Of a DNA stretch of 64,000 nucleotides, positions 62,857 to 64,000 are shown piece after piece. Under the pieces are notes generated by a model, which saw only the letters and a program-made list of their open reading frames with translations, was not told the origin of the DNA and made no database searches. The stretch is taken from positions 5,988,117-6,052,116 of the forward strand of contig BFEA01000007.1 in NCBI GenBank assembly GCA_003427395.1, in the 5' to 3' direction. Each line of letters starts with the position of its first letter. Positions within the stretch are counted from its first letter, which is position 1. The DNA comes from Chara braunii (lineage: Eukaryota > Plantae > Charophyceae). Position numbers and translations under genes: made by a program.

Positions 62857-63199
62857 GGTGGAGAGACAAAAGAGCATCGTACTAAGAAGTATTGTGGTGC
62901 GTGAATTACGAACTGCAAAAGAAGAAAGAAGAGAATTAATTGCGCAGATTGCGCTATTTGCCGCGAGTTGTAAGAGAGAAGAATGCGGACGCTGTGAAAG
63001 TGCGAGAGACTGGTTAGCGCAGAGACTGCAATACGAGCTTCGACGCACGCTGCAAACAGATAGAATGAGCGTACAACCGACACAGGTTATTTTATATGGG
63101 TTGCAATCACGTCTCGACCCACGGGGACGCTGGGTGGGGGTTTGGTATTATAACGGAGGGCACGATGTCCCGACCCTCCTCTGTTCGCCAGGCTCCTAG
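62855..63199 (+). CDS. Sense ORF (114 aa) crossing the PPT into the 3' LTR
   Basis: AASCKREECGRCESARDWLAQRLQ and WVGVWYY conserved in the decayed copy at ~25550-25930. Confidence 0.5.
   Translation: MVERQKSIVLRSIVVRELRTAKEERRELIAQIALFAASCKREECGRCESARDWLAQRLQYELRRTLQTDRMSVQPTQVILYGLQSRLDPRGRWVGVWYYNGGHDVPTLLCSPGS
63131..63150 (+). promoter_or_regulatory. Polypurine-tract region of D
   Basis: TGGGTGGGGGTTTGGTATTA abuts the LTR start; identical at 25601-25620. Confidence 0.7.
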
Positions 63200-64000
63200 C
63201 TCAGACACCGTGGCAAATTGGGTTGTTCCACAGCCCTAGCGATGCTCCTGGGGTGATATCGGTAGTGGACAGGTCCAGTTAGTGCATTTCATATCAAAAG
63301 GGTGCGCCACTGGACTTTACATTGGTCCACTCAAGCTCGACGCCCTGCAGTACAGCAGAGCACTACCGGCCTGTGGCCGTGGTAGCTGTTGGGTTCGCCC
63401 AGGGACGAGAAAGTAGAGGGGCGGCCGCGGTCTTTTCTACTGCGCGCCGAGTACCCCTCCGCCACGTTATGGGTGAGTTGCATGGGACAGAGGTCATTGT
63501 CAAAGGAAGAGAAGGGAAAAGGAAAAATAAAACGTCAAATTTGAACCCGCGTTTTAGCTCGGGAAAAATCCGGTGGCTTCAGGCCACTGCGATGTTACGA
63601 TTTTCTTACATTTTCTGAGTTTGCTACTACTATTATTATTATTACTACTATTATTAGTATTATGATTTAGAGTCTCCTACAGGCTTTTCCAACCAGTCGT
63701 TTCGCAGGGTCGGCGGTTCAAATTTGAACTGAGGTCACCGCTGGATGGCCTAGACTGGCCCGACTTCTCGTTTTCACCTCATGACTGAATCGCTTGGCAG
63801 CGTGTCGAGCGGAGGGGCCGGCACCCGGCAGCCGCTTCGGTAGGAGGCTTATCACCCCTTGTGGAAGGTCATAAGCCCCCTCCTTACCATCGAACGTGGG
63901 TACCCGTCAGGGATAGATCAATAACACGTTTTTGAGTAGAGGGAAGTGCACGTCGGTATCCCGTTATAGGGCTACCGCGTCAGACCTGGGTCACTTCACC
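63151..64000 (+). repeat. 3' LTR of D (first 850 bp)
   Basis: Direct repeat of 52227-~53105 with scattered substitutions and indels. Confidence 0.93.

Larger units (their letters stand above)
52227..64000 (+). mobile_element. Non-autonomous giant-LTR retroelement D (LARD-like); 3' LTR runs off the window
   Basis: 5' LTR 52227-59630, Asp PBS, 3.5 kb interior without gag/pol motifs, PPT, and a second LTR from 63151 that repeats 52227 onward. Confidence 0.88.

Overview
Eukaryotic, gene-free nest of transposable elements from a draft assembly with N gaps. The element types resemble those of a streptophyte alga or plant such as Chara; that assignment is inference. From left to right the window holds: (A) a decayed minus-strand Ty3/Gypsy element (1-11270) with a second gag-like ORF after integrase and two small DNA-type insertions; a ~7.4 kb LTR (11271-25600, minus) split by a 7 kb foldback element with inverted 91-bp satellite arms; (B) a tRNA-Asp-primed Athila/Tat-like element (26167-49837, minus) with a tightly packed array of unknown ORFs between PBS and gag; (C) a chromodomain-bearing Gypsy element (27687-39448) nested inside B, itself carrying a hAT-like MITE and two intron-like inserts; and (D) a non-autonomous tRNA-Asp-primed element (52227 to window end) with a 7.4 kb LTR and no gag/pol. 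The main signal is an unrecognised paralogous accessory-protein family, encoded upstream of gag, after the PBS and inside the giant LTRs. No host gene, RNA gene or CRISPR array could be supported.
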